Assembly: GCA_951406725.2 (NCBI GenBank)
Contig: OX597843.1
Span: 19,034,001-19,098,000 of the forward strand
Origin: Octopus vulgaris
Lineage: Eukaryota
Direction of reading: 5' to 3'
DNA: 64,000 nt
Shown here: piece by piece, positions 29,515 through 49,005 of the stretch
Position numbering within the stretch: position 1 is the stretch's first letter
Layout of the letters: every line of letters begins with the position of its first letter
Program-made: the position numbers and the translations under genes
The notes under the pieces: generated by a model
The model's database searches: none
What the model saw: only the letters and a program-made list of their open reading frames with translations
What the model was told of the DNA's origin: nothing

Positions 29515-29911
29515 GGCGCAGGAGTGGCTGTGTGGTAAGTAGCTTGTTTACCAACCACATGGTTCTGGGTTCAGTCCCACTGCGTGGCACCTTGGGCAAG
29601 TGTCTTCTACTATAGCCTCGGGCCGACCAAAGCCTTGTGAGTGGATTTGGTAGACGGAAACTGAAAGAAGCCCGTCGTATATATGTATATAAATATATAT
29701 GTGTGTGTGTGTTTGTGTGTCTGTGTTTGTCCCCCTAGCATTGCTTGACAACCGATGCTGGTGTGTTTACGTCCCCGTTACTTAGCGGTTCGGCAAAAGA
29801 GACCGATAGAATAATACTGGGCTTACAAAGAATAAGTCCCGGGATCGATTTGCTCGACTAAAGGCGGTGCTCCAGCATGGCCGCAGTCAAATGACTGAAA
29901 CAAGTAAAAGA
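29515..29911 (+). mobile_element. tRNA-derived SINE
   Basis: Full-length copy in (TA)n context. Confidence 0.93.
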
Positions 29912-29934
29912 TATATATATATATATATATATAA

Positions 29935-30340
29935 GGCGCAGGAGTGGCTGTGTGGTACGTAGCTTGCTAACCAACCACACGGTTCCGGGTTCAGTCCCAC
30001 TGCGTGGCATCTTGGGCAGGTGTCTTCTGCTATAGCCCCGGGCTCACCAATGCCTTATGAGTGGATTTGGTAGACGGAAACTGAAAGAAGCCTGTCGTGT
30101 ATATATGTATATACATATATGTGTTTGTGTGTCTGTGTTTGTCCCCCTAGCATTGCTTGACAACCGATGCTGGTGTGTTTATATCCCCGTCACTTAGCGG
30201 TTCGGCAATAAGAGACCGATAGAATAAGTACTGGGCTTACAAAGAATATGTCCCGGGGTCGATTTGCTCGACTAAAGACGGTGCTCCAGCATGGCCAGTG
30301 TCAAATGACTGAAACAAGTAAAAGAGTAAAGAGTAAAGAG
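29935..30340 (+). mobile_element. tRNA-derived SINE (tandem second copy)
   Basis: Full-length copy separated from the previous one by (TA)n. Confidence 0.93.
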
Positions 30341-30622
30341 TATATGTGTGTATATATATATATATATAGAAAAAATTATAAATATAAATTAATAATTTTA
30401 AATTTAAATAATTTAAATTTCTAAATATTATATTTCATATATTTTCTATATTATATTAATTATTTTTATTTTTATGTTTTGGTTTATGTTTTTCACTGTT
30501 TGATTTGCCTAAGAGTGGTTTTATCTCTAATTTAATTTATATTTAAACTGTGAAATTAGATTTAATCCTAAATCTAATTTTTCCCAGTAAGTTTGAATTT
30601 ACTCCCTAATATTATATATATA

Positions 30623-30715
<93 letters not shown>

Positions 30716-30871
30716 TACAAATATCAGGAAATCAATATTAGAAAATTCTCCAGAAAGATATATACGTGTGTAAAATAATTGTTGTATTAAAAATATAAAT
30801 ATATGTAAATACGTATACGTATAAATATATAATAATGACATTTTAAAAGTTTCGAATTATGTTTTTAAAGC

Positions 30872-30961
30872 ATCTTACGATCGTTTCGCAGAAGTGCTTT
30901 CCCTATAATGGAATCCTATATTGACAAGCATTTATAGACAACTCTTCTGCTCTTCAGAGAT
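30872..30961 (-). ncRNA. Type I hammerhead ribozyme motif with intact core and extended stem II
   Basis: Minus strand ATCT-CTGAAGA-GCAGAAG-[insert]-CTTCTGC-GAAA-CGATCG-TA-AGAT: CUGANGA/GAAA core, 7-bp stem II, palindromic stem III, GUA site. Confidence 0.72.
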
Positions 30962-31522
30962 ATAAAATGTGAAATTAATATAATTTATCGAATGTTAGTT
31001 TTTTTAAATATAAAGTAATATAAGAAAATGGGGGTTTGTTTGAATTATAAAATAAAATTTAAAATTACTGCTTTTGATTTTGGTAAGTACGCTTTAGTAT
31101 GAGAGTCTTTAAATTCATATACGCTTATGTGTAAATATTATGTGTAAATAATCCATGTGTAATTATTATGGATTATTACAGAATTACCAAGGAAGCATAT
31201 ATGGATTTAAAGAAACTCATACTAACGTCTACTTACCAAAATCAAAAGCAGTAATTTTTAATTTTATTTTATATTTTCAAACAAATACCATTTTCATATA
31301 ATACTTTATATTTTTTTTAAAAATTAACATTTGATAAATTATACAAATTTCACATTTTATATCTCTGAAGAGCAGAAGAGTTGTCTATAAATGCTTGTCA
31401 ATATAGAATTCCATTATAGGGAAAGCACTTCTGCAAAACGATCGCAAGATGCTTCAAAAATTTAATTCGAAACTTTTAAAATGTCATTATTATATATTTA
31501 TACTTATACATATTTACATATA

Positions 31523-31886
31523 CTCTTTTACTTGTTTCAGTCATTTGACTGCGGCCATGCTGGAGCACCACCTTTTAGTACTTATTCTATCGGTCTCTTT
31601 TTGCCGAACTGCTAAGTGACGGGGACGTAAACACACCAGCATCGGTTGTCAAGCAATGCTAGGGGGACAGACACACAAACACACACATACATACAAACAT
31701 ATATATATATATATACATATATACGACAGGCTTCTTTCAGTTTCCGTCTACCAAATCCACTCACAAGGCATTGGTCGGCCCGGGGGTATAGCAGAAGACA
31801 CTTGCCCAAGATGCCACGCTGTGGGACTGAACCCGCAACCGTGTGGTTGGTTAGCAAGCTACTTACCACACAGCCACTCTCTCGCC
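31523..31886 (-). mobile_element. tRNA-derived SINE (reverse orientation, small internal deletion)
   Basis: Reverse complement of the SINE family; splits the foldback arm. Confidence 0.92.
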
Positions 31887-32007
31887 TATATTTATATTTA
31901 TATTTTTAATACAATATATTTATATTTATATTTTTAATACAACAATTATTTTAAACGCGTACCCATCTTTCTGAAGAATTTTCTAATATTGATTTCCTGA
32001 TATTAAT

Positions 32008-32076
<69 letters not shown>

Positions 32077-32699
32077 AACAAAGCAACAAGAATGGATCAA
32101 TATTCCCGAAATATTGATCCATTCTTGTTGCTATTTTCCTATTTATAATCACCCCACTTTGTCGTATGGTTAATACCATATAGATTTCTAGTGCATCCAA
32201 GTTAAGTACCATATTCATGTGAATTCAACAGAACTCACTTGAATCTTAATTGCTTGTACCGTATATATATATATATATATAATCGCTCGTATTAATTGCA
32301 TAAATGCTTTAACAGTATTAATACTTTAATACAATAGAGCACTCAATATAAATTCAGTATGTAATATTCTCATTGAATATATTTATATATATGTTCCTAT
32401 GTATATATGATTGACTATAAAATTTGTATCCATGTTTTACCTCCTCCTTCATTATTCATTTCCGCCTTGAATTTTGTTTCTCCTCTCGTTGTTTACTCTC
32501 TTCTCTTCCTCCAAATTTTTCTATTTAACTCCAATTTCTTTATTCCTTTTAGTTTCATTTTTACCCAATACAACCTGTGTACGTCGAAGTCTCTTATATA
32601 AGTACTTATAATATAGTCACCTTTTCGTTTCTCTTTGTAAACGTCATCAGCTTTCAGCACTCGCAATTTGCATCTAATCAATCATATTTCACTTCTGAT

Positions 32700-33123
32700 G
32701 CACTTCTCAATATTTCATATTTATTCCACATTGTTCTTGTTGTTGTTGTTCTTCTTCTTCTACTTTTTCTCCTTCTGCTGCTGCTTCTTGTTGTTCGTCT
32801 CTTACTGCTATGTGAACTTGGGTTTCTTGTTGTTGTTGCGGTTGTTGTTCTCGTTGTTGTAGTCGTTCTGTATTTTTAGGATTTCCATCAACATTCGCAT
32901 TCCTCTCTTTCATTTTCTTCTCTTTTTTCTCCTTTTTCTACTTTATCATATTTTTCGCCCACTTGATTTTATTCTTCATTTTAATCTTCTTCTCCCCTCC
33001 TCCTTCTCTTCTCTATATTTTCTTGTACTTGTTCTTCTACTTCTTTATCTCCTTCACTTCGTCCTTTTCATCTACTCTAGCGTGCATTTCTATTCTCATT
33101 GTACCCCTTTAATCCACTTCATC

Positions 33124-33155
<32 letters not shown>

Positions 33156-36100
33156 CATTATCATGATCATCATCATCTTCATCTTCTTCTTTATCTTTTT
33201 TTTTACATTTTATTTCTTTTTTGCTACTTCTTGTCTTTTTTCTGCTTCTTGTTCGTTTTCTTCTCGTCCTTCCTCTTCTTCCTCTCCATCTTCTTCCGCG
33301 TTTTCCTTCTCGTCTCTTAATGCTATGTGTTTTGTTGTGGTTCTTCCTGTTCTCGTTGCTTTGTAGTTTTCCTTGTTGTTGTTGTCTTTGTTGTTGTTGT
33401 TCTCCTGTATTTTCATGAGTTTCGTTTACTTCCCTTTTACATTCTTCTATTTCTTCTTTTTTCTCTTCTCTTTCTCTTCTTTTTTCAATTTATTCACGCT
33501 TTTCTCCCACTTGATTTTATTCTTCATTTCAATCTTCCCCTTCTTCGCCCTCTTACTTCTCCTCTTCTTCTTTTTCTTCTTCTGTCTTTCCTTTTCTTTT
33601 GTCTTTCCTTTCCCTGCTTGCAGTTCTTGTTTCTCTTCATTTTCTTCTTCTATATCGTTTTCACATTCTGCTTCTTTTTCCCGTCTTCTTTATTTCTTAT
33701 ACGTCTTCATCTTTTTCTTCATTTTGTGTTTGTTCTTTTTCCCTCCCCCTCAGCCTTCTTCTTCTCCTTCTCCTCCTCATGCGATTTCAAATAATTCTTT
33801 TTTTACCTATTTTTCTTCTTTTCTTCCTTCTTCATCTTGCTCTTCTTGGTCTTTTTAGTTTACTTCTACTTCATCTTTTCTTCAATCCTTCTGTTTCTTC
33901 TTCATCTTGTTTTCCTTCCTCTTGTTTTACTCTTCTTTTCATCTTCCTCTTCTTTTTCTTGATTCCTCCTCTTCGTCTGCTTCTTCTTTTGCTTCGTATT
34001 CTTTGTGTCATTCTCCTTTGGCCTTTTCTTCACTTCTTTTACTTGGTCGTCTTTTTCTTCTTCTTCGTGTTCTTGTTCTTCAATATCTTTCCTTTAATCC
34101 ACTTTCCATTGTTTTTCTACTTCTTGTTCTTTTTTTCATCTACTTCTCTCCTTTTTCTTCTTTTAGATCGTCCTTTTCTTTTTATTTTAGTTGTTCTTCA
34201 TTTTCTTGACTTTCTTGTTGTGTCCCTCCATCTGCTTTTCGTTCTTGGCTTTCATCACTTTCTTCTTTTCCTTCTTTTCTTGTTCCCTTTTTGCCTGCTT
34301 CATCATCAACATCATTATCCTTATCTTACTATTCTACATCTTTTGCTACTTTTTCCTCTACCTCCGCCTTCATCTTACACGTCTTTTTGTTTTTCTTCTA
34401 CTTCCGTTTCTTCTTCGTCTTGTTTTTCTTCTTTCTCGCCTTCGTTTTCTTTCATTTGTTTTTCTCCTAATTTTCCTTCGTTTTTTAATATTATTTACTG
34501 CTTATTTTTCTCCTTCTTTTTCTCCTTCGTATTCATTGTCTTTTCTTCTGTCTTCCTATTTATGTCGAATTGTTGTTAAATATTTCCTTCTTCTTTGTCT
34601 TCCTATTCTCATTGTCCATATACTTTTTGTTCTTTTTCTTTTTCCTTGTATTTATTCATCTTCTTCTTTACTTCCTCCTTGTTTACTTCATCGACCTCTT
34701 TTTCACTTCTTGTTCTTCTTCCTCTCCTCCCATTACTTCTTGATCTTATCTTCCTTCCTTTCCTTCTTGTTTAACACAATCTGTGTTGTCATCTTTTCCT
34801 CTATTTCAGACACCCTTTATTTAACGTTTGTCCAAATATTTTCTATAACTTCTATTGTTGTTCTTTACTTCTACAGATATCTTTACAGAAATAATATTTC
34901 CAGCATTGAAGAAGGAAGCTTTTACGCCCTTCCTAGACTACAAATATTGTAAGTTGGTTCAATTTTGTTGGGAAATATTATGACTGTATACGAGTGAAAT
35001 TTGACTGGTGGTCACCGCTGGTGTAATCTTGTGGTTGCTTGTAGTGTTAGAGGCAAAGTGCAACAGAGTTTCCTAGAATATAAAAATGTGGGAGATATCT
35101 CCCTAAAGGGGAGAGAATGACTGTGATGGAGAATTTTTTTTACATATTTTGTTATGCTTTCGTATAATTCATTCTCTTCTTATTTTCTTTCTTGCAAGTA
35201 GATGAAGATGAATTTGGAATTCATTTAATTTTCAGGTGGTGAATGACCAATGCACTGCAACTTATTCTTCATCGTTTACTTCTAGTTTTCTTTCTCATTT
35301 ACTTCTATTTTCTTTCCCGCTTACTCTTTCTTCTTCTTCTACTACTTCTACTTCTTCTCCTTTTCTTCTCCTTCTTCATATTCTTCATCTGAATCTTTTA
35401 CCATTTCTTGTCTTCTCTCTACTTCGTATTCCTCCTTTCATTCTTTGTTCTTCATGTCTTTTTCTTCCTCGTTTACTTCCCTGTATATTGTTTCTTCTTC
35501 TCCTTCTTTATCTTCTTCTTTTTCATTTTTTACCTTGACTTCTCTTTTCTCTACTTATTATTCTTCGTCTCTTTCTTCTTTTTGATCTTTTTCTTCTTTC
35601 ACTTATTTTTTTTCCTCCTTTCTATTTCTGCATCTCCTTCATCATCCTCTTTATCATCACCGTCTTCTTGTCGTCTTCTTCTTTTCTATTTCTTCTTCTA
35701 CTTCAACTTTTTCTTCGTCTTGATTTTCTTCTCCTTTTTCATATTGTTCCTCTTTTGCATCCTTTTTCTCCTATTTTTTTTGTTCTCGTTCTTCTTCTTC
35801 TTCATTCACCTTCTTCTCCCCTTCTTCTTCTTCGTCTTCTTTTTCATCTGCTTCTCTAAGATGGTTTCACCTTTCATTCGAGTCTTACTCGACTCGTTTT
35901 CTTCCTCTTCTTTTCTTTGTTCTTCATTTCATCTTTTCTGCTTCTTTTTCTTCATTTTTTCTTTCTTCTGGTCTTCTTCTACATCCATTTACTATTTCTA
36001 CATCATTTTCTTTCATTTCTTGTTTTCTCTCTTCTCATTTTTCTTTTCCTTTTCTTCTTTGTTTTCTGCTTTGCCTTGATCATCTTGATCATCGTTTTCT

Positions 36101-36350
36101 TCTTTTTCCTCCTCGCCCTTTTCTCTTTTTTGTCTTGTTCTCCTTGGCCTTCCATTTGTTTTCGCCTACTTTTCTTCTTCCTTTTCTTCTTTTACTTCTT
36201 GATTTTCCGTTCACCATCTTCGATATTACCATCAGTTTCTGATTCTGTATCACCTCTTTCAACCTCCTCCTCCTCCACCTCCTCCTCCTCCTCATCATCA
36301 TCAACTTCAGGGTCTCCTCTTTCATTCTCCTGTGTTCTTCATCTGGTTTT
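32700..36350 (+). repeat. Kilobase-scale cryptic (TTC)/CT-rich low-complexity tract around exon D
   Basis: Strong pyrimidine bias on + strand; similar tracts at 50400-51550, 56090-56820, 60440-61250. Confidence 0.9.
34877..34948 (+). CDS. LRR exon D (YLYRNNISSIEEGSFYALPRLQIL)
   Basis: 72 nt, CAG/..TT/GTAAGT, phase 2-2. Confidence 0.93.
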
Positions 36351-36423
36351 ATGATTGAATGCTGAATATTTTATCAGACATCTTTCATTTACTCTTTCCG
36401 TTATACATTGTTTTATATTGCAG

Positions 36424-36495
36424 ATATTTGAGGAATAATACAATCAAGAAAATCGATCCCGGAATCTTCTACAATCTTACCAATTTACAGTTATT
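36424..36495 (+). CDS. LRR exon E (YLRNNTIKKIDPGIFYNLTNLQLL)
   Basis: 72 nt, CAG/..TT/GTAAGT, phase 2-2. Confidence 0.93.
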
Positions 36496-36795
36496 GTAAG
36501 TTCAATATTTTGATAATATTTTATTAACGTAATGTCTCTCGAAATTATATCTTCTTTTTCTCACTTTCTCTGTCTGTCTGTCTCTGTCTGTCTCTCTCTC
36601 TCTCTCTCTGGATATATATATATATATATATATCTTCTGTCTAGGTTATTTCCGACATTTAGTGTATGTCACTATGATTTTTTCTGAGAATATGTAAATT
36701 CGTATTTCTGTGTGTGTAAGTCTATGCTCGTATATGTTGATATGTCTCTGTATGGGTAAGAAAAATCATATTTTTTACACAAGTATGAAAATGAA

Positions 36796-36841
<46 letters not shown>

Positions 36842-36900
36842 GTATATATATATATATGTATATATATATGCGTGTATATATATATGCGTGTGTGTGTATA

Positions 36901-43230
<6,330 letters not shown>

Positions 43231-43233
43231 CAG

Positions 43234-43285
<52 letters not shown>

Positions 43286-43517
43286 GTGGAGGCGCAATGG
43301 CCTAGTTGTTAGGGCAGCGGACTTGCGGTCGGAGGATCGCGGTTTCGATTCCCAGACCGGGCGTTGTCTGTGTTTATTGAGCGAAAAAAACACCTAAAAG
43401 CTCCACGAGGCTCCGGCAGGAGGTGGTGATCCCTTCTGTACTCTTTCACCACTCTAAAGGCGGTGCTCCAGCATGGCCGCAGTCAAATGACTGAAACAAG
43501 TACAAAAAAAAAAAAAA
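43286..43517 (+). mobile_element. SINE with a different tRNA-like head and the shared 3' tail
   Basis: GGCGCAATGGCCTAGTTGTTAGGGCAGCGGACTTGCGGTCGGAGGATCGCGGTTTCGATTCC head; same GGCGGTGCTCCAGCATGG..GAAACAAGTA tail; (GATA)n on both sides. Confidence 0.8.
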
Positions 43518-43545
43518 ATACATAGATAGATAGATAGATAGATAT

Positions 43546-43649
<104 letters not shown>

Positions 43650-43667
43650 GTAGGTAGATAGACAGAC

Positions 43668-43699
<32 letters not shown>

Positions 43700-43729
43700 T
43701 AAATTTTTGATTATATAGATAATCATATT

Positions 43730-44900
43730 GAAGAGTGCGAATTTACCCCATTTACACGCTAGAAATAAATGTCGAATGGCACAAAAAACAACCTCACTTT
43801 TCCATTAGGAAAAAATAAATAAGACCTTTCGATCAATTGTATATCGAACAATTTCAAACTTAGCATTATAAAAGAGTCTTATCTTCAGTACAATATGTCA
43901 AGGCATATACACACACAATCATTTATACATAACCATAAGGGCATCCTAGTCCATCGACCATGTACTTGCATTTACACGTATATACTAGTAAAAATCTAAT
44001 GTATCTTCTCTTCACAAAGTGCGTTTTTTTTATCAAAATAGCATCGTAGCAAACGTAATTTTATCACTAGACATGGTTGTGATAACGATACTTGAATGAA
44101 TCAACCGTTGCCCCAATGTAAACATTACGGTCCTACTTTTGTGTGTAGGGTACATTTATATACATGATTTGTAATTATACAAAGGTTTATCAACGGGCGG
44201 CTTGATTTTTCTCTGCATGAATATTTATGATATTCAGTTGTATATATGGCAATTCCGACTACATTTTCCGACGTTGTCACCCTGTTAGCTATATCACTAT
44301 TATTGCTACTATCATGATGTTGCCAAATCGGGTGTTTTTCGTTGCGGTTTACATCTCCTTTCTTGATATTTTGTATATGTCTGCTAGTTCCAGTAGGCGG
44401 ATTATTGGACTGTTGTTTTATTTTACTCTTAATAATGCCCTGCTTATGCTGCTCTAAATTAATAGAATTAACACATGATACCTTCACTGTGTGTCTATTA
44501 AAAATAGCCTGGTATCTGTTTTATTCGGGGAAACATTTGTCTAAAACCTCAAAATATTCCCTAGCGATTTTCGTTGAAACATGTGAACCGTCATTTGCGT
44601 TGTACCAGGAGACATCATGTTTCTACCATTTGTTGTTTGACTTATTTGTTCTGGTGTGTTATACATGGGTGGGGGCCATTCATTATGTCACTATCAGTAG
44701 AATGATTGTATTGTATGTATCTATGGGGTTTGGTTTGTAGTTTACTGCCTTGTCCAATTCTTCCGGGCCTTTATTCTATTTCTGAATAAGTTCGCTTACT
44801 GTAACTTTGTGTTGGTGTGTAATGTGTATTATTATTATTATTATCAGAATAATTGGTAGAGTTACGTATCACTATGTTTTGTATGTATTGAATTTTCTCC
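43730..44900 (-). mobile_element. Old degenerate Penelope-like fragment resembling the Naiad/Chlamys type
   Basis: Minus-strand pieces VSWYN..STKIAREYFEVLDKCFPE..AIFNRHTVKVSC, then SCREKSSRPLINLCIITNHVYKC and VYIGATVDSFKYRYHNH (GIY-YIG-like); many stops. Confidence 0.6.
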
Positions 44901-46377
44901 CAGTTTCCATTCCTATCTAATGCAGTATTGCAAAATGGTGCATGTAATTCGAAAAGTTTTTTATCGGCAGATAACTTAGATATTCGTATTGAAATACTCT
45001 AAGCTAATACCCGTATAATTAAGGGTGGATGATTAGATGCAACATTTATATACTTGATATTGATATTATCATTTGGTTTTATGAAAGGGTTCAAATAATC
45101 CACTATCAAGGCAGAAGGTAGCGTCAAGGAAATGCACTCTACGGTAATCACTTTTAATAGTAATGCCAAGTCCTAATTACTTAAAGAGTCTAAATATCAT
45201 TTCCAATGCATTTCTAGTCGTACTTTATTACTTCTGTTCAGGAGGAGTAGAGAGTCGACCTTATATATACCTCTTGTGATTTCCGAAAAGGAAGACTCAA
45301 TTAACACAAGGATATATATTGCAACCGAGTCTGTGACTGGTGCAAAGGTGGTTGATCCCATCGCTGTAGATTAGATCTCTGCCATAATATACCATCAAAA
45401 TCGACCGCAAGTATTATGCCTATTTCGCGTCGGGATATATCGAAGTGTTTCAAACTAAATATCAGGGATTTATTGTGGTTGATCGGGCTAATAGTGGCAT
45501 AGTAATTCTCCATATTGGCATTATATTATTTTCATTTCTTATGAAAACGAATACGACTGGGATATTAGATATGTCTGTATCAAAACCCTTTAATGGAAAT
45601 GTATGTGCATGAGTTCATGTATATGTGAGTGACTGAGTTTATGCAACTAAACAAATTGTTTTTATATGTTTCTTCTCTTTATTTTTCTAGTGATTGTATT
45701 CTTTCGTCCTCTCTTCGACAGATTACTTTTATTCATCCCCGATTTCTTCATTCCCTTTAGCTTATTTATCTCATAGAGTTGATGGAGAAGTGTAAAATAT
45801 TATAACTTAGAATATAGTCACATATTACTTCTCCTTTGTAAACGACACCAGCTTCCAGCACTCGTAGTTTGCATCAATTTCCAAGATAATATTTCACAGA
45901 TGAAATATTTATAAATATTCGATGTGTTCCCATGCTCCTTCTCGTGCTTTCTCCCTTTTAAACTAATATTCTCTCACATCATATTTGCATGTGAGACAGT
46001 TTGAATGTGTGAATGCCTGCTTCTAACTGTATGACTCTATCATATTGTATGGATAAGTGCATGTGTGCATGACAGCGTATGCATATGTGCACAAGAGTCT
46101 ATGTGCATCTAGCATTGTGCATCTAGCATTGTGCATCTAGCATTGTGCATCTCTGTTTTCCAATCTGTCCTCTTCCAAATTCCGTTCTCAAACTTCCAAT
46201 TGTTCGTTCTGATCTATTTAAGTACCTTCTCTGTTTTTACCTTCTAACCTTCTATACAATCTTCTTTTTTAACATTTCTTCTTCTTCTTCTTCTTCTTCT
46301 TCTTCTTCTTCTTCTTCTTCTTCTTCTTCTTCTTCTTCTTCTTCTTCTTCTCATTATTATTATTATTATTATTATTA

Positions 46378-46469
46378 TTCAGTAGTTTTATTTTTATAGC
46401 GTGCTTTCACTTCACTACCGAGCGCAGCTCTGTGTGCCTTGGGTATGTGCTGTGATTTGTTGTGCTGTG

Positions 46470-46470
<1 letters not shown>
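46378..46470 (-). mobile_element. ~95-bp 3'-terminal fragment of the Dong-type LINE inside (TTA)n
   Basis: Reverse complement of 18545-18634; (TTA)n on both sides. Confidence 0.85.
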
Positions 46471-46518
<48 letters not shown>

Positions 46519-46702
46519 GTTGTTGTTGTTGTTGTTGTTTCTCTCCCCTTCTTCTTCTTCTATTACTACTACTACTACTACTACTACTACTCCACTTTTC
46601 TTTCTCCCCTTCCACTTCTTCCACCCATTCCTCTTCTTTCTACTTCCTGTTCTCGTTCTTTCTCTCCTTCATCATCTCCTGCTCCTGCTACTACTACTAC
46701 TG

Positions 46703-46736
<34 letters not shown>

Positions 46737-46868
46737 CACTTAATAGTAGTAGTAGTTCTTTATATCATTGTTCGTAAATGTCATTGTATTGTTATTTGTC
46801 CCTTTTCCCCGTTGTTATCATTCATCTCTTCCCTAATGTACATCGTTCGACTCAATATTAACAATCTA

Positions 46869-48116
46869 TTGCATCATACCATAAAAAATCAGTATTTTTT
46901 AATTTTATGAAATAAAATTTGAGGGGGGGGGGCAGGATAAACCACCTGCATCAACTTCCTATAAAGCATGCAGTAATTGTACCCTGTCCTTATTCTTAGT
47001 ACAAGTTTTGAAGAGTGCAGTTCAATTTTAACAGTTATTTTTTCGATGTTAGAATAGAATTGACAAAGGAGCATATTCGGCTTATTTTTCTTTATGAGTT
47101 CAATAAAGGCAACAACACAACGGAATAGCGTGAAGAATATTAATGCAGTGTTTGGGAATCGGACAATAAACGCAAGACAGAGTCAACGGTGGTTCCAGAT
47201 ATTCCGAGCCGGAACCGAGAGCCTTGAAGAGGTATCTCGTCCTGGAAGATCTGTAGAGCTCGACAAGGAGTCCTATAACTTCTGTTGGAAAAAATTTCAT
47301 CGTAACTGGTGAGGAAGTAGCAGAGAAGTGTGGATTTAGTCATACAACTATTCATCGACACCTGCGTGTCATCGGAAAAATCAGAAAATTTGGTCAATGG
47401 TTCATCACAATTTTTTCGAGTTTAATTGCGAGCAGAAGGTGCATGCGTGCTCTTTTTTGCTGTCACATCTCCTGAATAGACCTTTTCTGGACCGAATCGT
47501 AGTTGCTGACGATAAAATGTCAAGCGTTCACGAAAGTGAGTAGGGAAAGAAGAAACCCCTGCATCCCAGACTTAAGAACGTTTTCAACCACGTAAGGTCT
47601 TGTTATCTGTTTGGAGGGATATGAAAAATATACTCCACTTGAGATTTTTAAAACCAGACCAAATAATAACTAAATATGAATTCTGTATAAGAGGTGAAGA
47701 AAACGCCCATCTTTGGTTTCAAGACGGATGTTGTTCGTCCATCAGGATAATGATCAGCCACATACAGCAAGAATGACGATTCAATGGCTCGAGCATTTTG
47801 AATGGGAAACGATGCTCCAACTACCATATTCGCCAGATATTGCCCCGTCTGATTATGATTCCTTCTGCAATCTTCAAAATCATTTGGACAGAAACAATAT
47901 GAATTCTGTATAAGAGGTGAGAACAGTACTGGAGGAGTATTTTTCGTCACGGACAAGTGACTTTTGGTAAAGGGGCCTTGTACGTCTACCAGATAGATGG
48001 AAGAGCATTGTAGAAAAGGAAGGCGAGTATATTTTACATTAAAAATTAACTTTGTTCATCTTAATTTTGAGAAATAAAAGTATAAAGACAAACGCGTTAT
48101 TTATGGCATGACCCAA
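46869..48116 (+). mobile_element. Full-length decayed mariner (DD34D), ~1.25 kb
   Basis: TA-TTGCATCATACCATAAA .. TTTATGGCATGACCCAA-TA; remnants YEFNKG, QRWFQIFRAG..LEEVSRPGR, HQDNDQPH, PYSPDIAPSDY. Confidence 0.9.
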
Positions 48117-48933
48117 TATAATATTTTTCTGAAATAGAATTTCTTACCAGAACACTTTCATGCCACAGACATCTTCATCATTATGGTATCAGCAATATCG
48201 CCCTAGTGTAATTCTAAATACTGATTGTCTTCACATCATGCTTTTCTTCACACTTTAGTCTTCTCTAATTTATATTGTCTCGCGCAATTTTTGTGTGAGT
48301 GTATTTGAGAGTGTTTTAATGTATATGTGAGAATGTATGCGTATCAAGGCGTGTCGGTGTATCTACATCAGCGATTGATACTCTGCACGAATTGCATGTG
48401 TTTATGTGCATATAAGGGTATATCGGACTGTACTATTTTTAATCGTAGATATTACCTCCTCCTTCGTTCTGATTTTCGTTGTTATTTTCCTCATCGTCTT
48501 TCCTCTTTGCGTTTCATACCTGCCTCTATCGACTTCTTCACCATTTCCTTCTACATTGGTCATGTTCATCATCTGATTCTTCTCTTTTTAGAGTTTTCAA
48601 CTGTTTCTTGTTTCGATTTCTCCTCTGTCCTTTTTCCATTCATGGCATTCTAATGCGCTCCTTTGGTTCTATACAATCTTTGAAATATTTTCTTTCACCA
48701 ACTCTATTAGTCCGTATAATTTTTCATTGTGTATCAGCACTTTATTCCACCTTCCTTCCCTCCTCCTACTTCTCGTCTTACCCTTTTCCCCATCTACAAA
48801 CCCTTCTCCTCCTCATTATCAGGACGCTCTTTTTGATAACCCTGTTTTTCATCTGATTTTAAGACTCGAAATTTTATGTTTTATCAGAAAACTTTTCTGT
48901 ACTACTTCCTTGATAATCCGTTTTATTTAACAG

Positions 48934-49005
48934 AAATTTGGAGTTTAATAAGATTGAGAAAATCGAACGTGGAGTCTTCCAAAATCTTACCAATTTACAG
49001 AAATT
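48934..49005 (+). CDS. LRR exon A' (NLEFNKIEKIERGVFQNLTNLQKL)
   Basis: 72 nt, CAG/..TT/GTAAG, phase 2-2; paralog of exon A. Confidence 0.93.

Larger units (their letters stand above)
27928..30512. repeat. Inverted repeat arms (~140 bp) at 27928-28075 and 30369-30512
   Basis: TTAGGCAAATCGAACAGGGAAAAACATAAACCAAAA.. vs ..TTTTGGTTTATGTTTTTCACTGTTTGATTTGCCTAA. Confidence 0.8.
30705..32020. repeat. Large foldback (~430-bp arms), right arm interrupted by a SINE
   Basis: 30705-31135 is the reverse complement of 31185-31522 + 31887-32020, e.g. GACAAGCATTTATAGACAACTCTTCTGCTCTTCAGAGAT / ATCTCTGAAGAGCAGAAGAGTTGTCTATAAATGCTTGTC. Confidence 0.92.

Noticed and set aside
35195-35260. Possible extra exon at TTGCAAGTAG / TTTTCAG-GTGGTG
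   Set aside because: No LRR-like translation, no donor 72 nt downstream, no counterpart in the paralogous D'-E' intron.
32577-36354. Long F/L/S-rich ORFs resembling membrane proteins (also 50.8-51.7, 56.0-57.0, 60.4-61.4 kb)
   Set aside because: Translations of TTC-rich low-complexity DNA; only the terminal 24 aa of a few coincide with real LRR exons.
43286-43365. tRNA gene (also the heads at 18686, 29515, 29935)
   Set aside because: Imperfect cloverleaf continuing into a shared SINE body and tail; these are SINE heads.
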